Shown one piece after another: positions 24,289-35,400 of a stretch of 64,000 nucleotides of DNA. The position numbers and the translations under genes are program-made. Under the pieces are notes generated by a model that was not told the DNA's origin, made no database searches, and saw only the letters and a program-made list of their open reading frames with translations. The stretch comes from Macrostomum hystrix (Eukaryota; Animalia; Platyhelminthes), in NCBI GenBank assembly GCA_950097015.1, contig CATNEN010000015.1:186001-250000 (forward strand). The letters are read 5' to 3'. Within the stretch, counting starts at the first letter, position 1, and every line of letters begins with the position of its first letter.

Positions 24289-25065
24289 ATGTCAGGAGGG
24301 TTGGTTCTGCTGTTCCTGCTGACTGCGCGAGTCTGCAGCGGCGAGTGCCCGGCCCGCTTCAGCTTCACACCGAAGCTCATTCGCTTTTGCCTGAGGCCGC
24401 AGTTCCTCTTCGAGCCGAGCCTGCCTGCAGCCAGCGCGCAGCAGTGCGGCCTGGTCTGCATCAGCAGGGGCATCCGATGCCGCGGCTTCCGGCTGGCTTC
24501 GGAGAGCAGCGCCGGCTGCCAGACTCTGGAGTTCGACAGGTGCAGCCACATGGTCAACCAGAGCCCGTGCAGCCGCTTTGAATGGGCCTTCGTAAGGAAT
24601 CTGGACGGCCTCACAGACGGTCAGCTGTGCCCCAGCGGCTTCGGCAGCAGCTTCTATGGCTCAACCTACAAAATGATCGATGTAACGAGCTGGACAGACG
24701 GTCTCAACCAGTGCAACTCGCAGCCAGGCCTCACAAAGTTCGCTGATGGCATGGACGCAGGCGAGGTGGTGCACATGCAGAGCCTGAAGGCCACGCTGAA
24801 TGCGAACCTCAGCAGCGGCATGCGCAGCTTCTATGTCGGCGGATTCCGCACACTGACCTTCAGCACAGGCAGCTGGTTCTGGAAGGAATGCAACAGGACC
24901 TTCCTGCCTGAGGTGTGGGGTCCTGGGGAGCCCAACGAGTCAACTGACGACAGCCACAACAGAGCTGACGTCTGGTACGACTACCCGGCTGGCCTTGACG
25001 ATGAGCAGGAAGCCGTGACCTTAATCAAGCGAGCTCTGTGCGAGTGCATCAATCCTTTCCTGTAA
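24289..25065 (+). CDS. Secreted PAN/apple-like plus C-type-lectin-like protein, paralogue 1 (258 aa, intronless)
   Basis: Signal peptide; CGLVCISRGIRCRGF (PAN-like); then SWTDGLNQC, FYVGG, W..GEPN and ALCE (CTLD-like). Confidence 0.75.
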   Translation: MSGGLVLLFLLTARVCSGECPARFSFTPKLIRFCLRPQFLFEPSLPAASAQQCGLVCISRGIRCRGFRLASESSAGCQTLEFDRCSHMVNQSPCSRFEWAFVRNLDGLTDGQLCPSGFGSSFYGSTYKMIDVTSWTDGLNQCNSQPGLTKFADGMDAGEVVHMQSLKATLNANLSSGMRSFYVGGFRTLTFSTGSWFWKECNRTFLPEVWGPGEPNESTDDSHNRADVWYDYPAGLDDEQEAVTLIKRALCECINPFL

Positions 25066-25519
25066 CCAATTTTGGGAAATACTATGAAAAACTCGATTAC
25101 AAAGCGTTGCCATGACATTGTTGCTTTAACTTTTTATTTTCTGTCGCTTACTTTTAAGTTTTTCAGCACGTTGTTAAATGAAATTATTAAAAAACTTTAA
25201 ACCCGAATGTCCTCGTAGTTTGGCGCCGAATGGCGCCATAGGAAGCTCGCGATTTCAGAATAAAGGAAAAGTTTGTTGCAGACAATAGCTCAGTTGCAGA
25301 CAATATCACAGTTGCAGACGATCTGCTTTTTGTACTGCCCTTCCGTCGCGCCGCGCATTCGCCATTGTTGCCCTCCATTTGCACTGTGACAAGACAATGT
25401 TCGGAGACACAAAGGAAAGTTGGTTTTTTTTAATCGAGTTGTTCTCAGGTCCTTTGATTCCAATAGTATTCCGACAGGTCCATCGTTTTAGTGAATCAAA
25501 GAAACTGAGAAAAAGTTTG

Positions 25520-25610
25520 GGTGGGTGTGCCGGCCTCCCCAGTCCATGGACTGTACACTGCCTTTGGAATCGCTGCGCAATAGCGCCACTGGCTGTACGT
25601 TTGGCCCAAC
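25520..25610 (+). mobile_element. 3' tail fragment of SINE family B
   Basis: CAGTCCATGGACTG at 25540-25553 followed by GCGCAATAGC. Confidence 0.6.
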
Positions 25611-25679
25611 TGACCTTTCTATTGTCGTAGATGGATGAACACTGAACTGCCGTCAGTCCCGAGCCGCTGTCCCCTACCC

Positions 25680-26065
25680 AACCCTCCAAAACTGCGCAGA
25701 GCCCTCCTTAAGCTCAACCGCAGTGATCTTAGAGCAGTTTGCATGGCCCTTTTAGGACAAGGCTGCTTCTCCCGCCACCGTTTCCTCCAAGGCCATGTGC
25801 CGGAGGAGAGGTGCCCTTTCTGCAACTCGCGAAAACGCGGAACATTTTATCTACCACTGCCCGGTGTTCACCAGGGCAAGGCTCAAGTATCTCGGACCGA
25901 ACCCGGACCTCTCCGACGTTTGCAGACCCGAGAACATCCATCTGCTAGCCCGGTACCTGATGGACACCGGGCGCGCGAATTCTTCCCCACCGCCGGTTAG
26001 GAGGATCCCGCGGCGGGCGAGATCACCGGATCCCCCTGAGGCTCGTTTGCGAGCCGTTGGTCGCC
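25680..26065 (+). mobile_element. 5'-truncated non-LTR retrotransposon (R1/LOA/I-like) 3' end, frameshifted
   Basis: Translation ALLGQGCFSRHRFLQGHVPEERCPFC / ENAEHFIYHCPVFTRARLKYLG resembles the C-terminal CxxC..H..C knuckle of LINE ORF2, split by a frameshift near 25830. Confidence 0.75.
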
Positions 26066-26072
26066 AGTTCAG

Positions 26073-26633
26073 GATAACGCAGAAGCCAAATCGAAAAAGC
26101 GACACGCTTGGGAGGAAATCCGAACCACGATGGAGGCAAATGGGTTGTGCAAGCCAGTTGCATATCTGCGCGACACAATGTGGAAAAACATTCGGATGGC
26201 AACAATGAAGAAGCGAGACGCTAGTCGTCAGACGGGCGCCGGAGGAGGGACTCTTGCCAAGGAGACAGATGTGGATCGTATGGTTCCAGAAGTCATTGGA
26301 AAGGAAAGTCCTTCGGTATGTGGGCTTGATGTCGAAGAAAGTGTGCCCTGCATTCGACCCGATGCCGCTTCCGATGCATCTGTCCATATGGACAACTTAA
26401 ACCGTACTATGCCTAGCAGCTCGGCGGAAAAGCCATCCATGGCCAGGCCTTCGATGTTGGCCCTGCTCAGCGACGAAGCAGGCGAAGCGCCATCGACACC
26501 ACGTCGAAGGAAGCCGGAGAAGATGACGGAAAAAGAAGAGTTGGTTCTCGAGTTTCTACGACTACGCAACAAAAAGCTGCGCCTGGAAATCAGAAAACTT
26601 GAACTCGAGCAGCAAGATGATATACTATGCTAA
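26073..26633 (+). pseudogene. Myb/SANT-like DNA-binding ORF of a PIF/Harbinger element, N-terminus missing
   Basis: KSKKRHAWEEIRTTMEANG..LRDTMWKNIR..KKRDASRQTGAGGG and a C-terminal coiled coil KKLRLEIRKLELE. Convergent with the Harbinger transposase; in-frame TGA at 26037. Confidence 0.75.
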
Positions 26634-27223
26634 AGCTGTTATTTTTCATAGCTAAACCCCTATCTTTCCCACATATCATTCTTCCAAACTAATATTTCCC
26701 CAACTTCAAACTTCCCCGCATCTCATCTTTCCCATATTCCCCGCTGCCTAACTTCCTTATGTCCCCTTCCTCCCCACATCACCTAGTCCCGACTTCCTTC
26801 TGTATCTTCTCTTCCCCTCTTCCCTAACCATCGGTGCTAGATACAAGTCACAAGCGACAAACTTGCCTCGCAAAATGGGCGATAAAGTGTAATCGGAAGC
26901 GAAAAGCTTAGAGGAAAACAAGGGAAAATTGCGGCAGAATTTCACCAGGACTTCTGTTTGATATACACAGTAAGGCAGGTAAGCACGTGTAAAAATAGAA
27001 TAGCTCTGCCAAGTAATACGATATCATGAAAAATGTTAAAATCAGTGATGTGTCACTAATGCACAGCATTGCAAGAATACACCGCTGCTTTAATCATTTC
27101 CTGTGTTTATAATCATAACGCTCTGTTCGCAAAAGTTGCATACATAAACCTTTAAAATTAACATAGACATTTGTTCTTTAACATGCTTTTCAATAGTTAG
27201 TTTCTGTTATCGGTTCAAATCAG

Positions 27224-28201
27224 TCATTGGAATAATTCAATTAGTTGTCTCCGACGGTTGTCGTTTGAGTTCACTACTTCGCCCTCCATGGGTATATCGA
27301 TGCCCACCACCGGATGCAAAAGCTCTGCTGCCAAATTGTCGTCAACTTGTTCTTCAAGTTGAATGCAAAGATTGTGCAGAACAACACACGCCTTGACTAT
27401 CTCAGCAGAGTAAACAGGACCTTAAACGCGCAGACCATTGAGACAGGGGAAGCGCAATTTTAGCAGTCCGATACTGCGCTCTACGACTGATCGCGTCTTC
27501 TTTTGAGCCCTGTTAAATGCGGCGGTTGCTGGAGGCAGATTGTCGCCTAGAACAGGTGGTATTAACCAATCCAAGCAAGGGAAAATACTGTCACCGAGTA
27601 TGACGGCTCCTGGGATTGGACGCCATTGCTCCATCTGGAAACGTGTAAACAGACTGCTGTTGCGCAACACCCTTGCGTCGCTTACACTTCCCGGCCATGA
27701 TGCGTTGCAAAAATAAAATTGATGACCTGGTCCGCTCACAAGTAGCACATTCAACGAGTGTTGACCTTTACGGTCCACGAACTGGTTTTCGTGAAGTCCA
27801 GGTTTCTTAATGGGAATAAGGGTCCCATCGATGAGTCCACAGACAGAAGGCATTCCTGCGATGTTAAAGAACTTCTGCACAACGTTGTTGATGTCCGGCC
27901 AAGCAACGGTATGGTGAAAAAGCTCAGAGTTGATGGCAGTCGTTACGCGGCGCACAACTCTTGTGACAGACGACTCGGAAGGCCCGTGCGCGTCTCGAAG
28001 TACGTGGTAGAAGCCGTTACAGGTGTAGAAACGCAATGCGGTCAACGCTTGCTCCCTGGCACTCAATTGACCACTTCGAACGCTACCATACTCCGAGGTA
28101 GGTGGCAACATTCTAAAGCGCTGTCTAAAATCCCAGTCGTCGACGAAGTTCACGCGCTCTCGAAATTCCCTTGGACGCGGCCCGGGTTCCTCTTCGAGCA
28201 A
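27224..28201 (-). pseudogene. PIF/Harbinger DDE transposase (HARBI1-like) with a premature stop
   Basis: FRQRFRM, QALTALRFY, GLIDGTLIPI, DRKGQHSLNV, WPGSVSDARV, ILGDSIFP and VVERSIGLLKLRFPCL. After the in-frame TAA at 27422-27424 the frame continues IVKACVVLHNLCI..NRRRQLIELFQ to TGA at 27224. No in-frame ATG found. Confidence 0.9.
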
Positions 28202-28534
28202 ATTAAGGGCGTCTATATAGGCAGCTCCATTCCTTAGCCACCTAAGTAGGATGCTAAGTTTTAACCGTGGAAAATGTGGTTATTTTAGCAGCGCTGGTAT
28301 GCTCCTGAAACCAACCGTTACCAGCCCCCGAGAACACCCTACTTTGAGCCATAGACATAGACGTTCTAAATCAATACAAGCAGCCTCAGCTTTACCAGCC
28401 AATTCGTGAAACCACAGCTTAGCAGACTGCTAATAGTTAGCAGCTGCTAAAGTTCGCCATGAAACCAAACTTCAAGTAGCTGCGGTTATTTACCAGTTAC
28501 CAGTTGCTCATGAAATTGGTTAACGAAATGGGCG

Positions 28535-28596
28535 GTTCCTGAGCCTCCTCGCTGCATCCGCCAGTCGGACGCACCCTGCAGCTAAGTCTAAGTAAG
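28535..28596 (+). mobile_element. Short LINE 3'-tail fragment
   Basis: CCCTGCAGCTAAGTCTAAGTAAG is almost identical to 8381-8403. Confidence 0.5.
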
Positions 28597-30236
28597 AAAT
28601 GTCTATCAGGTGTCATTTCTATCAGTTTATCTAAGAGTAAGTGAAAAATCAACAGCCAAATGAGACATGCTACAGATACGTACAGTAACTGTATTAAATT
28701 ATCGAATTCAAGTACGCTGGCGAGTTACCAAGCCCGCTATAGTGCCCCCCAGGTTGTCTTCAGCTGCCAAAGTGTAAAAGTCACATCGGCAAAAAAGTGA
28801 GAAAGCGCTGATAAAACTTCTGAATTTTTCAAATTCTCAGCAAGCAGTTTAGCTCCTCTCATACAAATCTCGCAAATTTTGAAATTAATCGAAAGATTTT
28901 TTGAGAGAATGTAGCCATAATCTTTTGTTAAGCTAAGAAAAGCATTTTTCTTTTAAGCGCCTAATAAAACGCTTGCATGTTCCTTTTGTACCGTGCACTA
29001 AGACCGTTAAGTCGTTAAATAGATATTATATCTATAACTACACCGCAATATAGTTTCTCACTTATTTTTAATTAATGCGCACACAGTACTACTGACTACT
29101 ATCGATAAACATTACAACTTGGGCTTCTAAAAGCCAACGCCATTCAATGTGAGGATATATAAGGAGGGGTCGAACAAAATACTAATTGGATTTCAAGATG
29201 AATTTCAAGGGGTTGAAAACTTAAATCAAGGGCTGATTTTATCTGAGCCGATTTTGAAGGATCGAATGGTGCAATATGTTTGCGACTTATGTCTTCTTCT
29301 TCTTCTTCTATAGGATATAGAAGAGTGGACTATTTATTTAGCGAAACTTGTCTTGAGAAAGCTTTTAGAGCATTGGCTAGAGCTGGTTAGACTTCTGACC
29401 GATAATTCTGCAGTTTGATGCTCAACCCAAACATATTTTTGTGTCCAAATTATGTCCAATGAGCAAGACACTTGACTCCCCAGTGCATCATTCGCACAGG
29501 TGTGAAATTCGGGTGGATGTGGCAGCAAAGTTTCACCTGTTGACTCTCTTCAGTTCGGTCTTGCCTTGGGCGCAATTTATCTAAATATTAGAAACTAAAA
29601 AAAGGAATATTTCTCTTTGTGATTGGACTCGGAGCATCAATTTGTCTGTGAGCAGTGCCGCCATGATTACCGAATTGTATTTCAGCCATCGTGCGAGGCA
29701 AAGCCTTCTGCATCGAAGCGTGAGCTTTCATTTCGCAGAAAACCTGGCTAGAATTCACCTGAGGGTGATGCATCAATGCATTCAATTTAGTCGCTGGTTT
29801 ATTCAATCCGCTTTGTCACTGTAGTCTCTAAGTGCTCTCGTTATATTCCAAATGCAAAAATTAGTTTCTTAAACAATTCAGTGAGTGCTTTGAAGCCTAC
29901 AGCCAAGCTGCCTGCAACAGTCTTCATAAAAATATTCGCCTATCGCAATCGGATATTTTTTGCAATTAAAAATTGATGCTAGGCATCGCCTGATCTTAAC
30001 TTTTCGGCCACCAAGCCAACCATTAACTATTTTTTCATAATTGAAAGACTTGATTTGCTTCGCAGAAGAATTTTACCTTGTCGAGCTCTGTCGTAGAACT
30101 GTTCTGATTTGCTGCCTGACGAATCGGAATTTTATATCACGACAGCGCTTCAATCATCTCCTAAAAATACGAGCTCGTAACACGCTGGAATGCCCATTGA
30201 TTATCTACTCAAAGAGCAGCACTAGACTCGGCTGAC

Positions 30237-31022
30237 ATGCCATTGCTGGCTATTCTAATCCTCGGAGGGCTGTTCGCTGCTCTAACTGAACCAGCGAGTT
30301 CTGTCACGCTGTCCGCTGCCTTCTCTCTGCAGTTCGCTCGCTCGTGTCTCAAGCCCGACTTTCTGCTCGAAGAAGACATCAACCAAGTCGGTTCGCTACT
30401 GCACTGCAGCCTGGCCTGCCTACTGCGAGGCGGAAACTGCCATGGCTTCCGAATCACTGACGACGGCAATTCATCCACCTGCCAGACGATGGAGTTTAAC
30501 AGGTGCAGCCACGCGCTAAACAAGGCCGACTGCGACGCATTCAACTGGGTCTATGTGAGGAGTCTGGACGGCTTGCCCAGTGGCCAGCTGTGTCCCGCCG
30601 GCTACGGCAACGGGTTCCGCGGCTCGGTCTACAAGATGATCGGCGTTTCCAGCTGGACGGAAGGACTCAAGCGGTGTAACTCGCTTCCCGGACTCACCAA
30701 GTTTGCTGACGGAATCGACAAGTCGGAGGTGGAGTTCTTCCACACACTGAAGCCGACTCTCAACCGTGATCTAGGCTACTCAATGCGCTCATTCTACCTC
30801 GGTGGATTCCGGCCTTCCCCATCGAGCTCAGGAGCATGGCTCTGGCACGACTGCAGCACTGGCCTGCTGCCAGAGGTGTGGGGCGTCGACCAACCGAACG
30901 AGGGCGACCGGAATGACAGAACCAACATTTGGTACTCTCACACCTTTGGTGTGGACGATGAGTTGGCATCTGCGACCTTCCTGATCAGGGCTCTGTGCGA
31001 GTGCGTCAACCCGTTTGTTTAA
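30237..31022 (+). CDS. Secreted PAN/apple-like plus C-type-lectin-like protein, paralogue 2 (261 aa, intronless)
   Basis: Aligns end-to-end with 24289-25065 (same Cys pattern; YKMI, TKFADG, MRSFY.GGFR, LPEVWG, ALCECVNPF). Confidence 0.75.
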   Translation: MPLLAILILGGLFAALTEPASSVTLSAAFSLQFARSCLKPDFLLEEDINQVGSLLHCSLACLLRGGNCHGFRITDDGNSSTCQTMEFNRCSHALNKADCDAFNWVYVRSLDGLPSGQLCPAGYGNGFRGSVYKMIGVSSWTEGLKRCNSLPGLTKFADGIDKSEVEFFHTLKPTLNRDLGYSMRSFYLGGFRPSPSSSGAWLWHDCSTGLLPEVWGVDQPNEGDRNDRTNIWYSHTFGVDDELASATFLIRALCECVNPFV

Positions 31023-31302
31023 GGACTAGTTTTGGATTCGGCAAAAAGCTTCTGAATGGAGAGGTTGACATGGAGAAAAGCATGCGATGAATGTCGCTCT
31101 CGTCAACTTTTAAAGTGCAAACGTATTTTTTTGCATAAACTGTTTGTTTTAAGGCCTGACTCGAAAACTGTGAAGCCCAGTAGTTTTAAACGCAAGAAAT
31201 AAACTTAAAATTAGAGGCTGTGCTTAGGCAGAAAAACACGGTTTCTTTAATAAGATCATGAACAATTAAAACTGCGCTGACTTTTGTCTTTGTATTCTGC
31301 CC

Positions 31303-31700
31303 GGGGGGGTTTCACAAACTCGAAATTTCACAACGTCAAAGCACCTTTCTTCACCAGGTCGAAAGTTCGCAAGGTCGAAATTTCACAACATCGAAAACTC
31401 GAAAAGCAGCTAATTTCATAAGGTAGAAACTTCATATGGTCGAAACTTCAAAAGCTCGAAACTTCACAATACACCAACGAGTACCTTTTTAAACAATAAT
31501 AATTTATAATCAATACATTACCAAAAGAAGTACTTCTCAGAGCTTTTGTCCCATGCTGGAAGTAGAAACAAAAATCTAACACTTGCATATTGATAGCTTC
31601 TGGGTTTGTCTTAAGATTAGAACAGTAGTGAATTTACCTTGTATTTCTTGTGCTGAAACAATTGCGACGTTGTGAAATTTCGAGCTTGTGATAGCACCCC
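31303..31700. mobile_element. 398-bp MITE / non-autonomous DNA transposon
   Basis: 35-bp imperfect TIRs (31 of 35 matching by hand alignment), 8-bp TSD TTCTGCCC at 31295-31302 and 31701-31708, and internal TCGAAA-containing subterminal repeats. Confidence 0.85.
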
Positions 31701-32470
31701 TTCTGCCCCCATTCACTCTTACGTTCTCTGCACTTTTCTTCGTAGATTGAACTGATCTCGTCCAGTTCAATCTAGTTCTTTCTCTCTCTTTATCTCTGCC
31801 CGCGGCTGAACTCTCACTCTCTCCCTTCCTCCTTTCTGATTGGTCGCCGCGTCACCCCAACTGCTGAACATTATTATTCTATATCCCCCTGTCGTAACCC
31901 CCAAGTGTGTGCAAGTGCCTGCCGTAATTTTAATCCCCAGCTGGTTCAATAAATACTATATCAAATTTTCCAGTGAGTTTTACACTCAGGGCAGAACGAA
32001 TGGCTTTGTTTTACAGCAAGACTTCAGAATGGAGTTAGTGTCATCAGGATAATTCGATGATTCAGAAATATTCAGATGACTTCAGAGGAGAGCAAATCAC
32101 GTAGGCATACATATTCGATGGCTTTAAAGGAGAGTAGATCACATCAGGATCGTTTAGACGATGTGAGGACAATTTTCATAAATGTAACAATGACTTTTCT
32201 ATTTCACAAGTAGCTGCTTAAACTTCCATGTCAGCTTTTGTTCGATAAAATGGAAACTGTTGAGTTCTGTTTTGCCCCATAACAAAGTGTCGGCAACAAA
32301 ATGTAAAGTGGTAATATTGTTTGTCACTCTGAAGTAAGCATCTCTGAAGTATGCATATTTTTCACAATTTTCTTGGTTAATTAGTGCCTGCATTATATAG
32401 CTCACGATAACAAAGCTTCAGGTGTGTAGATAGTTCACGAGTTGTAGGTGAGTAGCAGCTCATTGCTCAC

Positions 32471-35400
32471 TCAGGCCTGGTGCGGCCCAGCTTCCGGGCG
32501 CAGTCTGTTCGCCCCAGCGAAACACGGAAGCAGAACATGGTACCAACGACCGCTGTTCTGTAGGCTGCAGATGACAATGAAGAGTGACATGCTTTGCTAC
32601 TTTTGGGTTTAACAAATTTGAGGCTAGTCTGACCAAGCACTAGTAACTTGCGTCAGCAGATGCTAAGACTGACCAAGCACTGGTAACTTGCGTCAGCAGA
32701 TGCTAAGACTGACCAAGCACTGGTAACTTGCGTCAGCAGATGCTAAGACTGACCAAGCACTGGTAACTTGCGTCAGCAGATGCTAAGACTGACCAAGCAC
32801 TAGTAACTTGCGTCAGCAGATGCTAAGACTAACCAAGCACTGGTAACTTGCGTCAGCAGATGCTAAGACTGACCAAGCACTGGTAACTTGCGTCAGCAGA
32901 TGCTAAGACTGACCCAGCACTGGTAACTTGCGTCAGCAGATGCTAAGACTGACCAAGCACTGGTAACTTGCGTCAGCAGATGCTAAGACTGACCAAGCAC
33001 TGGTAACTTGCGTCAGCAGATGCTAAGACTGACCAAGCACTGGTAACTTGCGTCAGCAGATGCTAAGACTAACCAAGCACTGGTAACTTGCGTCACATGC
33101 TAAGACTGACCAAGCACTAGTAACTTGCGTCAGCAGATGCTAAGACTGACCAAGCACTGGTAACTTGCGTCAGCAGATGCTCATAATCTTCACCCTGGAA
33201 GGCAGTTCAAGGCAATTTCTATACTCACTCATGAAGGCCTTCCAGAGCATCCACAGCAACTTCGCCTTTGTCCAGAATCATCGGCACGTGAAAGTACTCC
33301 TGCAAATATTTGGACAATGCAAAATTTCAAGCTGCATTCCTAAAATCTGAACAGGTACAAAATCCGAGACTCACCCACTTCCGCCGCATCTGGAGCGTGT
33401 TAGCCTGGCCCTTGGAGCAGGCGCTGATCAGGTACTTCAGCAGGTGCATCAGGCCCTGAAGTTTTAGCAAAAGTGAATCTTCAAGAGATGAAAGGTCGAA
33501 AGTGATTTCGTTAACAAGCCCCCGCACTGACCGTGAATACAATGAATAGGATGAGACGGTTGGTGACGCTGCCCTGGGCGCCGTGCACCTCCAAGCTCTT
33601 GTTGGTGAAGGCCAGGATGGCGGCGGTGCTGTGGATGCCGGCGAAATTGAGCAGGTCGTGCAGGCGGCTCCACACAGCCAGGCCCGGCGCCGGCAGAGGC
33701 ACGGGTCGGCGCCGCCACTGCACCTGACCCTTGGCGTCCAGGCGCAGGTCGATCAGCAGAGCGAGCAGCACAACCAGCGGGGTGACGTAGCAGGCCGAGC
33801 CGAATAGCTGGGAAGGGATGGTTAGGAGTTCATGTCAGAATTTCGTGAAAGTTCCAGGCAGAGCAGAAACTTTGAGCCGCTCACCACCAGGTATCCATGC
33901 AGCGTAGTCTTCTCCAGGTGCTCATCAAGCAGCATGTCGCGGCTTTTCTCCTTGGCCAAGTTGCGCTCCCGAACAAGCCGCATCGCCTCGGCTGTTTGGG
34001 ACTTGCATTTGCTTCTTCCAGAAGACGCAGGAGGAGGATTTTCCTGGGCCAGCTGCCGCTCCATCGCAGCGAGTTCGCGCAGCTCGGCGGCGTAGACGGT
34101 GCGTTTGAAGCTGGCGCACGCCGTGCACAGAAGGCGACGGGCCGGCGCGGAGAGGCAGCGAGTCAGGCTGGGGTTTCCCAGACAGCTGCAGGGGTCGTTG
34201 AATTAGAAACAATCCGTTTCGAAACTCTCTGGCAGCTGCTCTACGAATCATTCCAGCTCCCCCAGCCACCCCAGCCTCCGCTCTCCCAGCCACCTCAGCC
34301 TCCGCTCTCCCAGCCACCCCAGCCTCCGCTCTCCCAGCCACCCCAGCCTCCGCTCTCCCAGCCACCCCAGCCTCCGCTCTCCCAGCCACACTAGCCTCCG
34401 CTCTCCCAGCCACCCCAGCCTCCGCTCTCCAAGCCACCCCAGCCTCCGCTCTCCCAGCCACACTAGCCTCCGCTCTCCCAGCCACCTCAGCCTCCGCTCT
34501 CCCAGCCACCTCAGCCTCCGCTCTCCCAGCCACCTCAGCCTCTGTTCTCCCAGCCACCTCAGCCTCTGCTCTTCCAGCCACCCTAACCTCCGCTCTCCCA
34601 GCCACCCCAGCCTCCGCTCTCCCAGCCACCTCAGCCTCCGCTCTCCCAGCCACCCCAGCCTCCGCTCTCCAAGCCACCCCAGCCTCCGCTCTCCCAGCCA
34701 CACTAGCCTCCGCTCTCCCAGCCACCTCAGCCTCCGCTCTCCCAGCCACACTAGCCTCCGCTCTCCCAGCCACCCCAGCCTCCGCTCTCCAAGCCACCCC
34801 AGCCTCCGCTCTCCCAGCCACACTAGCCTCCGCTCTCCCAGCCACCTCAGCCTCCGCTCTCCCAGCCACCTCAGCCTCTGTTCTCCCAGCCACCTCAGCC
34901 TCTGCTCTTCCAGCCACCCTAACCTCCGCTCTCCCAGCCACCCCAGCCTCCGCTCTCCCAGCCACCTCAGCCTCCGCTCTCCCAGCCACCCCAGCCTCCG
35001 CTCTCCAAGCCACCCCAGCCTCCGCTCTCCCAGCCACACTAGCCTCCGCTCTCCCAGCCACCTCAGCCTCCGCTCTCCCAGCCACACTAGCCTCCGCTCT
35101 CCCAGCCACCCCAGCCTCCGCTCTCCAAGCCACCCCAGCCTCCGCTCTCCCAGCCACACTAGCCTCCGCTCTCCCAGCCACCTCAGCCTCCGCTCTCCCA
35201 GCCACCTCAGCCTCCGCTCTCCCAGCCACCTCAGCCTCTGTTCTCCCAGCCACCTCAGCCTCTGCTCTTCCAGCCACCCTAACCTCCGCTCTCCCAGCCA
35301 CCCCAGCCTCCGCTCTGAAAGCCACCCCATCCTCCGCTCTGCCAGGACACTCACGGTTTGAGAATGTCGCTGAAAATTTTTATCAGCGACCTGCCGATGA

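Larger units (their letters stand above)
26066..28534. mobile_element. Decayed PIF/Harbinger DNA transposon (one end missing)
   Basis: Two-ORF organisation; candidate end ...GTTAACGAAATGGGC near 28533 with subterminal palindromes; no matching left TIR found. Confidence 0.7.

Noticed and set aside
27422-27424. Programmed readthrough of the in-frame TAA in the transposase
   Set aside because: Other lesions (no ATG, probable deletion, truncated partner ORF) make simple pseudogenisation more likely.
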